From contig CAXXLL010000002.1 of the NCBI GenBank assembly GCA_963662545.2, positions 2,080,001-2,144,000 on the forward strand: a stretch of 64,000 nucleotides of DNA, in the 5' to 3' direction. Positions 22,528-32,444 of the stretch are shown here, in pieces (position 1 is the stretch's first letter; every line of letters starts with the position of its first letter). This stretch comes from Gammaproteobacteria bacterium (GTDB lineage: Bacteria; Pseudomonadota; Gammaproteobacteria; Ga0077536). Made by a program: the position numbers and the translations under genes. The notes below the pieces were generated by a model. The model was given only the letters and a program-made list of their open reading frames with translations, was not told where the DNA came from and did no database searches.

Positions 22528-23661
22528 CTAAATCCCGTACACCTTGGCGACACTGTCACCGAGCAGATTATTGCGCGCAATCTTCGACAGCGGGGCGACT
22601 AACTCCTCCAGCTCTTCCATATAATTGCCGGGGTGATCAAAGTGCGGATAGTCAGTCGCCTAGAAGAACCGATCATCGCCGACATAGTCGACAATATGGG
22701 CGAGCGCCCGTTCATCAGGATCGCCTGATATCCAGCATTGACGCTTGAAATAGGTACTGGGTTTTTCTTTTAGCGGAACAGTGTCGCCCAGACTGGTTGC
22801 GTAGGTCGTGTCCATACGGTCCAACGCCGCGCCGATCCAACCGGCGCCGGATTCCAGCACAATTATCTTGATTTGCGGGAAGCGGTCGAAAAGGCCCCAT
22901 TGAAATAGCCCGTAAAAAGCCTGTTGCGGCCCTTGCATCCCCAGTGCATTTTGCATCCAGCGCGCGCCGCGCATGCCGTTAAAGCGCTGGTAGGTGCGGA
23001 TCTTCGGATGTTCAGCCATCGGATGTATCGCCACCGGGACGTCCAGCTCCTGCGCCTTGGCCCAAAAGGCATCGTGATCGCGATGTCCATGAGGGATGCG
23101 CGTCAAGGTATAGGGTGCAAGAAAGGCTCCTTTGGCACCTTCTCGTACGGCGCGTTCAAGTTCAGTCCCGGCTTTGACGGGATCAGCCAGCGAAATATGA
23201 GCGATGGCAATCAAGCGACCATCTGAGTCTGAACAGAAGTCGCAGATCCAGCGGTTATATGCCTGGGCATAAGCGAGATGCAACTCTGCGTCTTCGAGTT
23301 CGCATTCCCAGGTTAATCCGAGGCTTGGATACAGGATGGCTTTGGCGATGCCTTCTCGATCCAGCAGCGCCACGCGTTCCTTAGGGTCCATGGAGCCATA
23401 CGGGGCGTTGCCTGGATAGGGCTGCTCCATCATCCGGGTCATTTCTTCGGTGCCTTTGCCCATCGCACCCAGCGCGGAGAGGACACGGACACTAAAGAAA
23501 CGAGACGGTTTTCCGTCTATTTCCAAAACTTCTTTACCGTCATGTTCACGAATACGTAGTGCACGGTCGCGGAAGGCCGGATCGATGTATCGTTCCCACG
23601 TATCAGCCGGTTCGAGAATGTGCCCGTCTGCGTCAATTATATTGCCGTAGTTCAGTGCCAT
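22528..23661 (-). pseudogene. amidohydrolase family protein with in-frame TAG at 22660-22662
   Basis: IDADGH, IHP and ESGAGW motifs; after DDRFF-TAG the frame continues ATDYPHFDHPG...VYGI to a stop at 22528. Confidence 0.82.
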
Positions 23662-23795
23662 AAATTTTGGTCCTTACGTTTATGCTTCACGCTTGGGCTT
23701 ATACCGTTAGAGGAGCGTGCGCGCCGGCCAGGGAACAACTTTATTTCCCATGACAAATAAAGATGCGCCTGATTGATCAAATCTCCCCTTGTCGC

Positions 23796-24179
23796 CTAAA
23801 ACTTCACGCAGCGTCCTTCGAACCCGGCGTATACGCAATCGAAGCCGGCCGGACAATCATGGCTGACCAAACACTTTTCACCGACTTCGCGGCCCGGCAG
23901 GTGCTGCTTGATGAGTTGATCCGGATCACCCATTAACTCAATCATCCTCTCGCGCCGATCATCGGTAGTGTGACCACCGGACGATGGTGCCGGTCTGAAC
24001 TCGGGTTCGGTGGCACCGCGAGTTTCGCCGTAACATACGCCCCGCGCGCGTTTTTCACGCTTGATGCAGGTACCGCCGAGGTCGCAGTCAGCGTCCGTAT
24101 CACAGGCGATTGTCGACGGGGATCCGGCAAGCAGGCTGAAAATCAGCAAAACCAGTGTGAGATTGACAACCCTGCGCAT
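23796..24179 (-). CDS. secreted Cys-rich hypothetical protein
   Basis: Signal peptide plus two modules, CDTDADCDLGGTC and CLVSHDCPAGFDC. Confidence 0.65.
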   Translation of the reverse strand: MRRVVNLTLVLLIFSLLAGSPSTIACDTDADCDLGGTCIKREKRARGVCYGETRGATEPEFRPAPSSGGHTTDDRRERMIELMGDPDQLIKQHLPGREVGEKCLVSHDCPAGFDCVYAGFEGRCVKF

Positions 24180-24265
24180 GACGGGATGATCCTATCGCAG
24201 CTCCGCTCGCCCTGTCATCGCCTAGGCCGAAGGAGCGATGTGATTACGCTCGGCTTTCGTACCGA

Positions 24266-25207
24266 TCACCGCGCCTTCATATCGCGCAGCGATGCCGGCC
24301 ACTGTCCGTCCCAGGTCCAGCCATCCTTGAGGATCTTCGAACTGTAATCGAGGCAGAATGGCATCGCGACATCGGGGTAGATCCGGTTCATCTCCGCCAT
24401 CAGCTCCTTGGAGTCACCCGTTTCGCTCATCGTAGCGACGAAGGTCTTGATGTATTGGCGGGTGTAATCGATCGAGGCCGGCGAGAGGTATGCATTCGAC
24501 GGCGCATGTCCCGGCACCACGACCTCCGGCTTGAGCGCCTCGAGCTGGTCGAGCACGTCGAGCCATGCCTGGCGCAATTCGGGCGTCTTGGCGGCGGCCA
24601 GCCAGGCATGGGCGTGGTCGTAGATCGTATCCGAGGCGATCAGAGTTTTGATCGACGGGATCCACACGACACTGGAATTCGCGGCATCGCCCTGGAAGGG
24701 CCCCAAGATCTCGAGACGGCGGCCTTCTAGCAGGATCAAGGGTTCCTTCAGCGTCTCGATGAAAACCTTGGTTTTTGCGCCGTTCGCACCGAGCACGTTG
24801 TTACCCCAGTAATCCAGCTTGAAATCGAAACTCGCGTTCACGTCGTCGGCGCTCGCTTTGAGCGATACGGCCTTCGCTTTCGGGAAGGCCTGGATCAATA
24901 CCGGCAAACCCAAGAAATGATCCGGGTGCTCGTGGGTGATGTAGACGGTGGTCAATTCGCGGCCGGTCTCCAGAATCGCGGCGACCAGGCGGTGTGCATT
25001 GGACAAGGTGAACTGTGCGTCCACGACCACGGCTTCCTTCTCGCCATAGATGATCGCCGAGGCAACGCCGAGACCCATGTGGTCTTCCGAGCTCATGAAG
25101 ACCTCGACCTGCAGCGGTTTCTGAGCTTCTGCCAATACAGCGTCCGGCCATACCAGCACGGTGCAGATGAGGGTGAGTAGAATGCGCGCGGCGTGATCGA
25201 TTTTCAT
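24266..25207 (-). CDS. exported MBL-fold metallo-hydrolase
   Basis: VVVDAQF, THEHPDH and VVPGH motifs; signal peptide. Confidence 0.88.
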   Translation of the reverse strand: MKIDHAARILLTLICTVLVWPDAVLAEAQKPLQVEVFMSSEDHMGLGVASAIIYGEKEAVVVDAQFTLSNAHRLVAAILETGRELTTVYITHEHPDHFLGLPVLIQAFPKAKAVSLKASADDVNASFDFKLDYWGNNVLGANGAKTKVFIETLKEPLILLEGRRLEILGPFQGDAANSSVVWIPSIKTLIASDTIYDHAHAWLAAAKTPELRQAWLDVLDQLEALKPEVVVPGHAPSNAYLSPASIDYTRQYIKTFVATMSETGDSKELMAEMNRIYPDVAMPFCLDYSSKILKDGWTWDGQWPASLRDMKAR

Positions 25208-25863
25208 GCTTTCGTTCCTGTGGCTAAGAACAAGGAGGTTACGTACGAACCTCGCAGAATGTCGATTATATGAAGACTATGGGAAACATGGCTGCTGCCT
25301 TCATGCGCATCGCAGCTTGCTTTCGACCGGTGTGCGTTCAAACCATAGTGGGGTAGGCAAGACCGAGCGACAACTCCCTCACTAAATAGGCCCAAACGAC
25401 AACGGTAAGCATGGCAAAGACGATCTCGCTGACGATATTTTGCATGGTGGCTTTCCTTCGAAGTGAATTGATGGTTTTACGACAGTCCAATCATCCTTCG
25501 AATCCGATAGATGGCGCACTCCGATTCTTGGCTTCAAATTCCACTCGATTTCAACCGTGCCAGGGAAAGCCGACGCACGGAGATGCAGCGCACAGTTCCT
25601 TGTTCCAGGAGGACACCCTGCATCGCGCAATGCGAGCGGTTTAAAAAACGACGTACATGACAAAGTATCCGCCTAAAGCCGACCGCTGAAACCGATTTCC
25701 TTGCGGCGCCGGCGCTGAAGACGGGTATCGCTGTCAGTCGGACCGCAATACGCGGAGGAGGGGCGGAGAAAATATCATTTCCGTGCAGGAAGGGTTCCAA
25801 ACGCGCGCGAATTTATGAGCGTCAAACGTTCTCCACAGGCCTTGCCCGGTGAGCAGACCTCGA

Positions 25864-26979
25864 TTATTCCCCTGCGTGTTTTCGTTCCTGCGAGAGAAGT
25901 TGCCGCTTGCGGTCGATCCCCCAGCGGTAACCGGACAACCCACCGTCGCTACGCACGACGCGATGGCAGGGAATGGCGAGTGCAAGCGCGTTTGAGCGAC
26001 AGGCCTGTGCGACAGCCCGCACCGCCTTAGGCGATCCGATCCGCACGGCAATATCCTTGTAGCTCGCGGTTTTTCCGGCGGGAATTTTCTGCAAAGCTTC
26101 CCACACACGCCGCTGGAAGGCCGTACCGCGAATATCAAGGGGCAGGCCGAGGTTCCCGGTACCCGACGGGTTATCGACGAAAGCAACCACCCGCTCGACT
26201 AAGTCGGTGAAACCGGGTTCCGGCTCACTCAATGTGGCCCTGGGGAATCGCGTCTCGAGCTCCTCGACGAGCGAGTCCACATCGTCGCCGAGCAGGATGG
26301 CGCACACGCCGCTTGGCGTCGCCGCGACCAATACGTATCCCAGCGAGCACGCGCCGACGGCATGCCAGATGACCTCATCGTGCCCACCGTCTAGGTAGGC
26401 GGACGGCTTCATCCCGAGCAGTTCCGCAGAAACGCCGTAGAAGCGACCCGACGAATTAAAGCCGGCGGCATAAAGGCCTTCGGTCACGCCGGAACCGGCG
26501 GTGAGGCTGTCCTGTATTTTCTGCTGACGGTGCGCGTCCGCATAAGCCTTGGGCGTAACACCCGCAATGCGCTTGAAGATCCGGTGGAAGTGGTGTGGGC
26601 TCAGGCCGGCCGACGCGGCCAACGCGGCGAGCCGCGGCGGTTCGTCTGCGGATTCCATCGTACGGCACGCGACGGCGACCAGCGCCGCCTCGCGCTCGGC
26701 CCGCGGCGGCAGATCAGGGCGGCAACGCTTGCACGGCCGAAAGCCGGCACGCTCCGCATCGGCCGCGCTCATATGAAACGCAACGTTCTCCTGAAGCGCC
26801 GGACGCGCCGCACAGGATGGATAACAGAACACCCCCGTGGTCCGGACCGCATAGAGAAAATGCCCGTCGGCCGCGGGATTGCGATTTCTAACCGCTTTCC
26901 AGCGGGCCGCATCGGTGCTAAATCGAGGCATCGCAGTGGCTTGCTCGGTGGCGTGTCGATCGGCGAATACGGTGCTCAT
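25864..26979 (-). CDS. ada: bifunctional transcriptional activator / O6-methylguanine-DNA methyltransferase
   Basis: TTGVFCYPSC and RPCKRC Zn domain, AraC-type HTH, IPCHRVV active site. Confidence 0.93.
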   Translation of the reverse strand: MSTVFADRHATEQATAMPRFSTDAARWKAVRNRNPAADGHFLYAVRTTGVFCYPSCAARPALQENVAFHMSAADAERAGFRPCKRCRPDLPPRAEREAALVAVACRTMESADEPPRLAALAASAGLSPHHFHRIFKRIAGVTPKAYADAHRQQKIQDSLTAGSGVTEGLYAAGFNSSGRFYGVSAELLGMKPSAYLDGGHDEVIWHAVGACSLGYVLVAATPSGVCAILLGDDVDSLVEELETRFPRATLSEPEPGFTDLVERVVAFVDNPSGTGNLGLPLDIRGTAFQRRVWEALQKIPAGKTASYKDIAVRIGSPKAVRAVAQACRSNALALAIPCHRVVRSDGGLSGYRWGIDRKRQLLSQERKHAGE

Positions 26980-27067
26980 CTTGGCTATCTCCGAGGTTTC
27001 CGGGCCGCATGGGGCCGCCAGTTGCAGCAAAGTATAGTTTCGACATCACCGGCCCGCACTCGGGTTC

Positions 27068-27080
27068 TTGCTCTCGAATT
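27068..27080 (-). promoter_or_regulatory. Ada box
   Basis: Minus strand AAT-tcgaga-GCAA matches the AAT-N6-GCAA consensus, about 90 bp upstream of ada. Confidence 0.6.
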
Positions 27081-27249
27081 CGAGATAAAAAGCCACCATA
27101 GTCACAGCACCTTATCAGCTTCCTCGCGTTCCTCCGCGATCACCCGATCCTGCTGTTGTGCACCAGTGCCCGATCTTCGGATCGTGAGCGTGGCAGTTGA
27201 ACGCACCGCATTTTATGAATTGGTCCCCTCGCTCTGTTCGCACGGAGTT

Positions 27250-28122
27250 TCAGCTTAAAGCCGATACACGATCTGCAACCGCAAGAATACGCCGCATTTC
27301 GCGCAACACGGGCTTCTCAATCAGCTTGCCGTCAACAACGACCAGCCCGGTATCGGCCTCTGCGAATGCTTTGAGTATCTTTTTCGCGTGCGCGATTGCA
27401 GCCTCGTCCGGTGTGAACACGCCATTCAAGACCGGGATCTGTTTTGGATGGATCGCGCCCTTCCCGCTGAATCCCAGGTTTAAAGCGAGTTCGGCCTCAC
27501 GCTCCATGCCCGCGAGATCGTCGAGGTCGAGATAGGGGACGTCGATCACGTCGATGCCCGCGCTCGCCGCCGCGTGGACCACGCGCGACCGCGCGTAGAG
27601 CAGGGGCTCCCATTGATTCTTGCACCGCAGCTCGGCCGCCATATCCACACCGCCGAAAAACAATGCCTCGATGCGCGGGCTGCATCCCGCGATCGCGTGG
27701 GCGGCTTCAAGCCCGGCATTGGTTTCAATGATGATGTGAAGGCGGGTGGTATGGCCGCGCTCGCTCAAGAGATCGTCGAGCCACTGGACCTCGTCTGGCG
27801 AGATCACCTTGGGCAACATCAGCGCCGGCGGCGGATTGTCTGCCGCGAGGACCGCCTGCACGTCGGCCACGCCAAAGCCGGTACGCAGACAGTTGATACG
27901 AACGATCCGTTCGACCCCGTCGTCCGCCTGGGGTATTTCGAACAGAGCGAGTCCCTTGGCGCGTGCCTCGTCCTTGTCCTTGGGCGCAATGCCGTCCTCC
28001 AGTTCCACGCAGACGATATCGGCGCCGGATGCCAGCGCCTTCGGGAACATCTTCGGGTTCAGGCCGGGCGTAAAGATGAAACTTCGACGCGGCCGCACGG
28101 CCCGATCTGTCGTTGCGGACAT
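27250..28122 (-). CDS. CitE/HpcH family CoA-ester lyase
   Basis: RRSFIFTPG, ELEDG, VRIN, IIET and GKGAIHPKQI motifs. Confidence 0.87.
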   Translation of the reverse strand: MSATTDRAVRPRRSFIFTPGLNPKMFPKALASGADIVCVELEDGIAPKDKDEARAKGLALFEIPQADDGVERIVRINCLRTGFGVADVQAVLAADNPPPALMLPKVISPDEVQWLDDLLSERGHTTRLHIIIETNAGLEAAHAIAGCSPRIEALFFGGVDMAAELRCKNQWEPLLYARSRVVHAAASAGIDVIDVPYLDLDDLAGMEREAELALNLGFSGKGAIHPKQIPVLNGVFTPDEAAIAHAKKILKAFAEADTGLVVVDGKLIEKPVLREMRRILAVADRVSALS

Positions 28123-28191
28123 GAATAGCCTACGTTGAACAGCGGTCAAACCGCATTTGTGAATGTTGCATTTCAACAGTGAATTCAAGCG

Positions 28192-28380
28192 TCATTTTGA
28201 CTCATCTACGCCTAGATCCCGAAATATCTTCCGAGCCAAATGATCGTTGATTTCTCGATGGCGTGGAACCGCGGAACGCCTATTTTGGGAGGGATTGTGC
28301 CACCAGGAATGGCGACCGCCCTCCCGTAGCAATTCGCAACCAGATGATTAGAGGTATCGAATCAGGTCGCGGCGCTTCAT
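28192..28380 (-). pseudogene. hicA: HicA family toxin with premature TAA
   Basis: MKRRDLIRYL*SSGCELLREGGRHSWWHNP...VPRHREI...KIFRDLG; TAA at 28348-28350; not in the ORF track. Confidence 0.85.
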
Positions 28381-28589
28381 ACGCCGATTTCAAGTTCCTC
28401 GTAGTTGTCCGCTGCAGCTGTAATCGCATCCGAGCGATTAAATTCCAATGCTTCGCGCAGAGTTACCTTCAACGACTTCACCAATTCCTCTCGCGTCGTT
28501 TCTTGGTAATTGACTCCGGGTACTTCCTCAACCCAGCCGATCCACCATCCGGCATCTTCTTTAATGACTGCTGTGTAGCTCGTATTAAT
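28377..28589 (-). pseudogene. hicB: HicB family antitoxin without a canonical start codon
   Basis: (ATT)NTSYTAVIKEDAGWWIGWVEEVPGVNYQETTREELVKSLKVTLREAL; ATGA overlap with hicA; in-frame TAG a few codons upstream. Confidence 0.78.
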
Positions 28590-28619
28590 TTCAATAGTCT
28601 AGCTCACGATTCTTCTGAA

Positions 28620-28715
28620 ACCTAACGCTATGTTCAGCTGCGTTTGACGACGACTGACTAGAGCGGTAGCGCACTGAAGGAGCGGTCAAACGTCAGCTGG
28701 AACATTTTGTTAGAT
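28620..28715 (-). mobile_element. integron attC site (family A)
   Basis: Minus strand ATCTAAC...GTTAGGT; arms gttcagctgcgtttgac / gtcaaacgtcagctggaac with extra-helical bases. Confidence 0.85.
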
Positions 28716-28735
28716 GGAAGTTCGCGTCTTCAGCC

Positions 28736-29188
28736 CTACTTCTCCAGCGTTGCTCCAAAGCGACCCAAGATTTCCACGATTTTGGGCACGTCCGTGGGCT
28801 GCGGTATACCTGGCGCCACTTCCTCCGAAATAGACTTAAACATGGCGATCGACTGACTTCCCTCACCAGTAATCTCCATCATCGTCGTGCCATCCTCGCA
28901 GATCCGGAACCCGTGTACTGTGCCTGCTGGTAGGTGGAAAAACGTCCCGGCGACTGCGCGCGACGTTTTATCTTCGTATGTGAAATCCACTTCGCCTTTT
29001 ACGACGAAAAACGATTCGTCCCACGGATGGGCATGTGGCGGTGGGCCCGATCCTTCGTTACCTATTTGCAGCGTTATTTCGTAGCCGCCAGTTGCTTCCT
29101 TAGAAGCCAGAACCATTACGTCTACCCCGACCACGCTATGGGGTTCCGGGTAATTCTGCGGGCCAATATCGAAGGCTTGCTTGCTCAT
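28736..29188 (-). CDS. cupin-domain protein (cassette)
   Basis: GPPPHAHPWDESFFV and LPAGTVHGF; stop lies just before attC. Confidence 0.85.
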   Translation of the reverse strand: MSKQAFDIGPQNYPEPHSVVGVDVMVLASKEATGGYEITLQIGNEGSGPPPHAHPWDESFFVVKGEVDFTYEDKTSRAVAGTFFHLPAGTVHGFRICEDGTTMMEITGEGSQSIAMFKSISEEVAPGIPQPTDVPKIVEILGRFGATLEK

Positions 29189-29295
29189 GGGTAGCTCCTC
29201 ATGTTGCGCAACGCATTCAGCACGTTTGTCCAGAAAATCATCATAGCTATGCGAGATCATACGCCTCAAAGGGATTCGCTGGTTCGAACAAAAAA

Positions 29296-29343
29296 GGTGT
29301 CAGGTTTATTTACTTGGAAGATGGGGTAAATAAACTCGATACG
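29296..29343. repeat. REP-like hairpin
   Basis: gtttatttac...gtaaataaac inverted repeat with imperfect extension. Confidence 0.5.
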
Positions 29344-29355
29344 ATTCCTTTTGCC

Positions 29356-29808
29356 TCATAACCACCGCCGTACTTTACCCTTATACGTCAAGTATTCCTC
29401 GCCAAAAAGTTCCTCTAGAAACTCTTCCTCGCGGGAAATGAACTGGTAACGAATCAACCATACAAATATGGGAATAGGAAGGAACGCAGCTGCACTGCCT
29501 AGAAATAATGCCACACCAACGAGTGCCATAACCATACCCAGATACATTGGATTACGGGTAAACCGGAACAGCCCGCTTGTCATAACTACCGTTGATTTCT
29601 CAAAAGGAACTACGGGCGTTCCAACTCTCAAGAACGCACCGGCCGCCACAGCAGCAACGCAAATTCCACCCACTACGAGCGGTATCCCGGTATATCTCAA
29701 AGGCGTTGAAAGCAGTTGATAGATTGGGGCGAGATAGTGCAGCGCGATCATCAGTGTGAGCGATACGAAAAAATAGATCGGCGGATACGGTTTGCCTTTA
29801 TATTCCAC
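29356..29808 (-). CDS. isoprenylcysteine carboxylmethyltransferase/PEMT family membrane protein
   Basis: GLFRFTRNPMYLG, EEEFL..FGEEY..Y and VRRWL motifs. Confidence 0.88.
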   Translation of the reverse strand: MEYKGKPYPPIYFFVSLTLMIALHYLAPIYQLLSTPLRYTGIPLVVGGICVAAVAAGAFLRVGTPVVPFEKSTVVMTSGLFRFTRNPMYLGMVMALVGVALFLGSAAAFLPIPIFVWLIRYQFISREEEFLEELFGEEYLTYKGKVRRWL

Positions 29809-29872
29809 GAGTACCTCTAGTCACCTGAGGCCGCTGATGAGTCGTGCTTTGCAGGTGCGCTTTCTTAGCTTA

Positions 29873-30178
29873 TTAAGTGGCGCTTCCGGCGTATACGTTC
29901 TCATAGTGCTCAACGTTGGGAAATGGATCGTAATAATGATGCAGAAGTTCTTTCCATTCTTGATATTCAGGTGACCCTCTGAATCCTTTCGTGTGGTCTT
30001 CCAAGGTTTCCCAATTTACGAGAAGTATGTACCGATTAGTGTTTTCGATACTGCGTTCCAATCGGTGATCGATATAGCCATGCACCGAAGAGATTATTCG
30101 CTGAGCCGTCTCGAAGGCTTGCTGGAAATCGTCTTCCTGACCAGGAATCACATCGAGTATGGCAACCTCTAGGACCAT
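29873..30178 (-). CDS. antibiotic biosynthesis monooxygenase family protein
   Basis: MVLEVAILDV, WETLEDHTKGFRGSPEY and LHHYYDPFP motifs. Confidence 0.88.
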   Translation of the reverse strand: MVLEVAILDVIPGQEDDFQQAFETAQRIISSVHGYIDHRLERSIENTNRYILLVNWETLEDHTKGFRGSPEYQEWKELLHHYYDPFPNVEHYENVYAGSAT

Positions 30179-30194
30179 GACATAGCAACTTTCC

Positions 30195-30289
30195 GATTAA
30201 GCTCAGCCGCACCTGACGGCAACCGAGCGGAGCGGCAGCGAAGAAAGGGCGCGGTCAACACGGGCGAGCTGTAACGTTTCTTGTTAATC
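30195..30289 (-). mobile_element. degenerate attC (family A)
   Basis: taagctcagccgcacctgacggc...gagcggcagcg...ggtcaa...ttgtta resembles attC 32030-32127, but one core box is lost. Confidence 0.6.
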
Positions 30290-30297
30290 CAATGCTT

Positions 30298-30802
30298 AGG
30301 CGGCTTTAAGGTGCGCCTTATCGAGGCGGTCTAGATTTGCGCATATTTGGATTGAGCTTGTCGATATCTTCCTTAACTTGCATTTTACTTCAACGCGCTT
30401 TCGTACGGTGCGCTACTATTTCGCCAAAAAACAGTTTCCGATGTTTTGCAAGCGCTGCTAAGCGAATTGCCAATCACCCAACAGCCCATTTCAGTTTGAC
30501 GTACGCACCTCGTTTGCGTTAAAACCGGCGATTCGTTTCGCAGTGAGACCCTGAATCTCAGCAGATTTTGCACTTCACGCTTTGACAAGCGCGATTGAAA
30601 GCGGTGGCATCGACCTTAAAGCGCTTCGATTGCCTGTGCAGGGACCCTGGACCTGTCGTTTAACCTCGTTATCTCATCACCAATCTCGACGCCACCACCT
30701 TTCCTTCGCCCATGTTCATGCGGCCGCTTAAGAACTAACCTATGAGGCGGCTTTAAGGTGCGCCTTATCGAGGCGGTCTAGATTTGCGCATATTTGGATT
30801 GA
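30298..30802. repeat. 58-bp perfect direct repeat, two copies
   Basis: aggcggctttaaggtgcgccttatcgaggcggtctagatttgcgcatatttggattga at 30298-30355 and 30745-30802. Confidence 0.92.
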
Positions 30803-31055
30803 CGACCTCTATTTCACTAATACGTTTTGATAGGACGACGACGTCAGTATTTTGGCCGTTCTCCATTCGAACTTTAATTTTCTCAGTGTCCATTTTCATT
30901 AGATCTAATTGTCCCCAGGTTCCGGTCCTGTAATTCCCACCCACGTCAACGATAAAGATTCTCGGTTGTCACCGACCCCTTTATGCTCCTTACACGTGGA
31001 CTCCATCGGTTGTATGGTGAATGTTGCCCTTCAATTGTTAGCTCAATTCGCTCTT

Positions 31056-32003
31056 TCAGAATTTTGATGAGCAGGTAATCGCGACTTGTTCTATATGCCG
31101 GTGATCGGTACCGCAGCAACCGCCAAACACGTTCAATTGCGGAAGTCGGTCTTTAAGATCGGCGTACTCCCGACCAAATTCCTCTGGATTGCCGCTGTCG
31201 AGCTCTTTCGCTTCGTCTAACTCGGCATGGCTCATTCTTGACGCGTTTGCTCTCAATCCATGTATCCGTTCCACCCAAGGTTCCTTCTTTTCGATAGTCG
31301 ATTGGAAATGCGTCGGATGCGCACAACTGACCATAAAATATGCGGGAAATCCGCCAGTCTCAGCGTCCACCTGCTCAATAGCGGACCTCAGACTTTGGCC
31401 AGTTGGTAAGTTACCGTCCGTCTCAACCGTAAACGCTATCGCAACCGGAATCTTTGAATCACGCGCCGCCAGAGCGATTCCAATGGCTTCTTCGACGTAG
31501 TTAATCGTGATACCGCACACCATGTCGGCTGCCGTTTCCGCGAATACGCCAACCTGCTGGGAATGATAATTTTCTGCTTGTGCTGAGGACATAGCCGAGT
31601 CGGGAACATAGCCGTCTCCCTTAGGTCCGACGCAGCCGCTTATAACCACTGGACGGTCGTCGCTTTCGTACAGCGATCGAATATCCGAAAGAAAACTGAT
31701 CGCTTCGCGGTTTATTTCTGCAAGATCGTAGGTTGAATAGCTTAACTTCGAACCCCAATCCGCATTAGCTCGCCAAGTCGCGCTCTCAAGAATCATGCCG
31801 CTTCCAGAGCGTTTCGCTATTTCTGCATACGCGCAGTAGTAATCTCTAAGCGCCTCTCTCCCCTTGTCGTCCCGGAGAAGCGGGAAAGATGCGAAGTGCG
31901 GAAGAGCGAAGCCCTTCAGAAAGATTAGAGTCGTTTCGATACCTCCATCGGTCAGAAACATCTTGTTACTGAGCTGAGGGAGAGATGCGCGATACTTGCT
32001 CAC
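31056..32003 (-). CDS. homocysteine S-methyltransferase family protein (cassette)
   Basis: LTDGGIET, GPKGDGY, SCAHPTHF and GGCCGTD motifs. Confidence 0.9.
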   Translation of the reverse strand: MSKYRASLPQLSNKMFLTDGGIETTLIFLKGFALPHFASFPLLRDDKGREALRDYYCAYAEIAKRSGSGMILESATWRANADWGSKLSYSTYDLAEINREAISFLSDIRSLYESDDRPVVISGCVGPKGDGYVPDSAMSSAQAENYHSQQVGVFAETAADMVCGITINYVEEAIGIALAARDSKIPVAIAFTVETDGNLPTGQSLRSAIEQVDAETGGFPAYFMVSCAHPTHFQSTIEKKEPWVERIHGLRANASRMSHAELDEAKELDSGNPEEFGREYADLKDRLPQLNVFGGCCGTDHRHIEQVAITCSSKF

Positions 32004-32029
32004 ACTGGTTTTCCTTTGGTGATTCAGGG

Positions 32030-32127
32030 ACCTAACGCTAAGTTCAGCCGCACTTGACGGCGGGCGACCTGAGCGACAGCGCAGGGAGTTCACGGTCAAG
32101 TGTCGGCCTCAGGGCGTGTTGTTAGAT
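32030..32127 (-). mobile_element. integron attC site (family A)
   Basis: acctaac...gttagat with arms gccgcacttgac / gtcaagtgtcggc. Confidence 0.85.
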
Positions 32128-32134
32128 TGGGCTC

Positions 32135-32440
32135 TCATTGTTTTAGAGACCACTTTGTGTGCGCTTCCGGATCATGCCCAAATCCCGCTGCCATAAATAA
32201 GTCTCGCCAATCAATTTGTGCCAATTGAATTGCACTTACTAACTTATCCATTTCCCCTTCGCTTAATTTCAATACAGAGATACGAATACGCTCCATTTCG
32301 TATTTATCATAATCCTCACAATTAGGAATGATCTCGGCGCACTCGATTTCGAGTAATTGCCTTACTTCACTCCGGTCTATCGGGCGGAAGATCTTATCGA
32401 TGAGTTCGGTAGTTCTTTCGCTAAGCTCGATCATCGTCAT
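32135..32440 (-). CDS. hypothetical protein (cassette)
   Basis: 101-aa ORF fills the space between two attC sites; ERIRISVLKLSEG...DWRDL..AAGF. Confidence 0.8.
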   Translation of the reverse strand: MTMIELSERTTELIDKIFRPIDRSEVRQLLEIECAEIIPNCEDYDKYEMERIRISVLKLSEGEMDKLVSAIQLAQIDWRDLFMAAGFGHDPEAHTKWSLKQ

Positions 32441-32444
32441 CAGA

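Noticed and set aside
24266-25207. Metallo-beta-lactamase resistance gene
   Set aside because: It has the HxHxDH fold motif only; nothing ties it specifically to class B beta-lactamases
25210-25860. Short overlapping ORFs between the MBL gene and ada
   Set aside because: No consistent frame or motif; possibly gene debris, but not assignable
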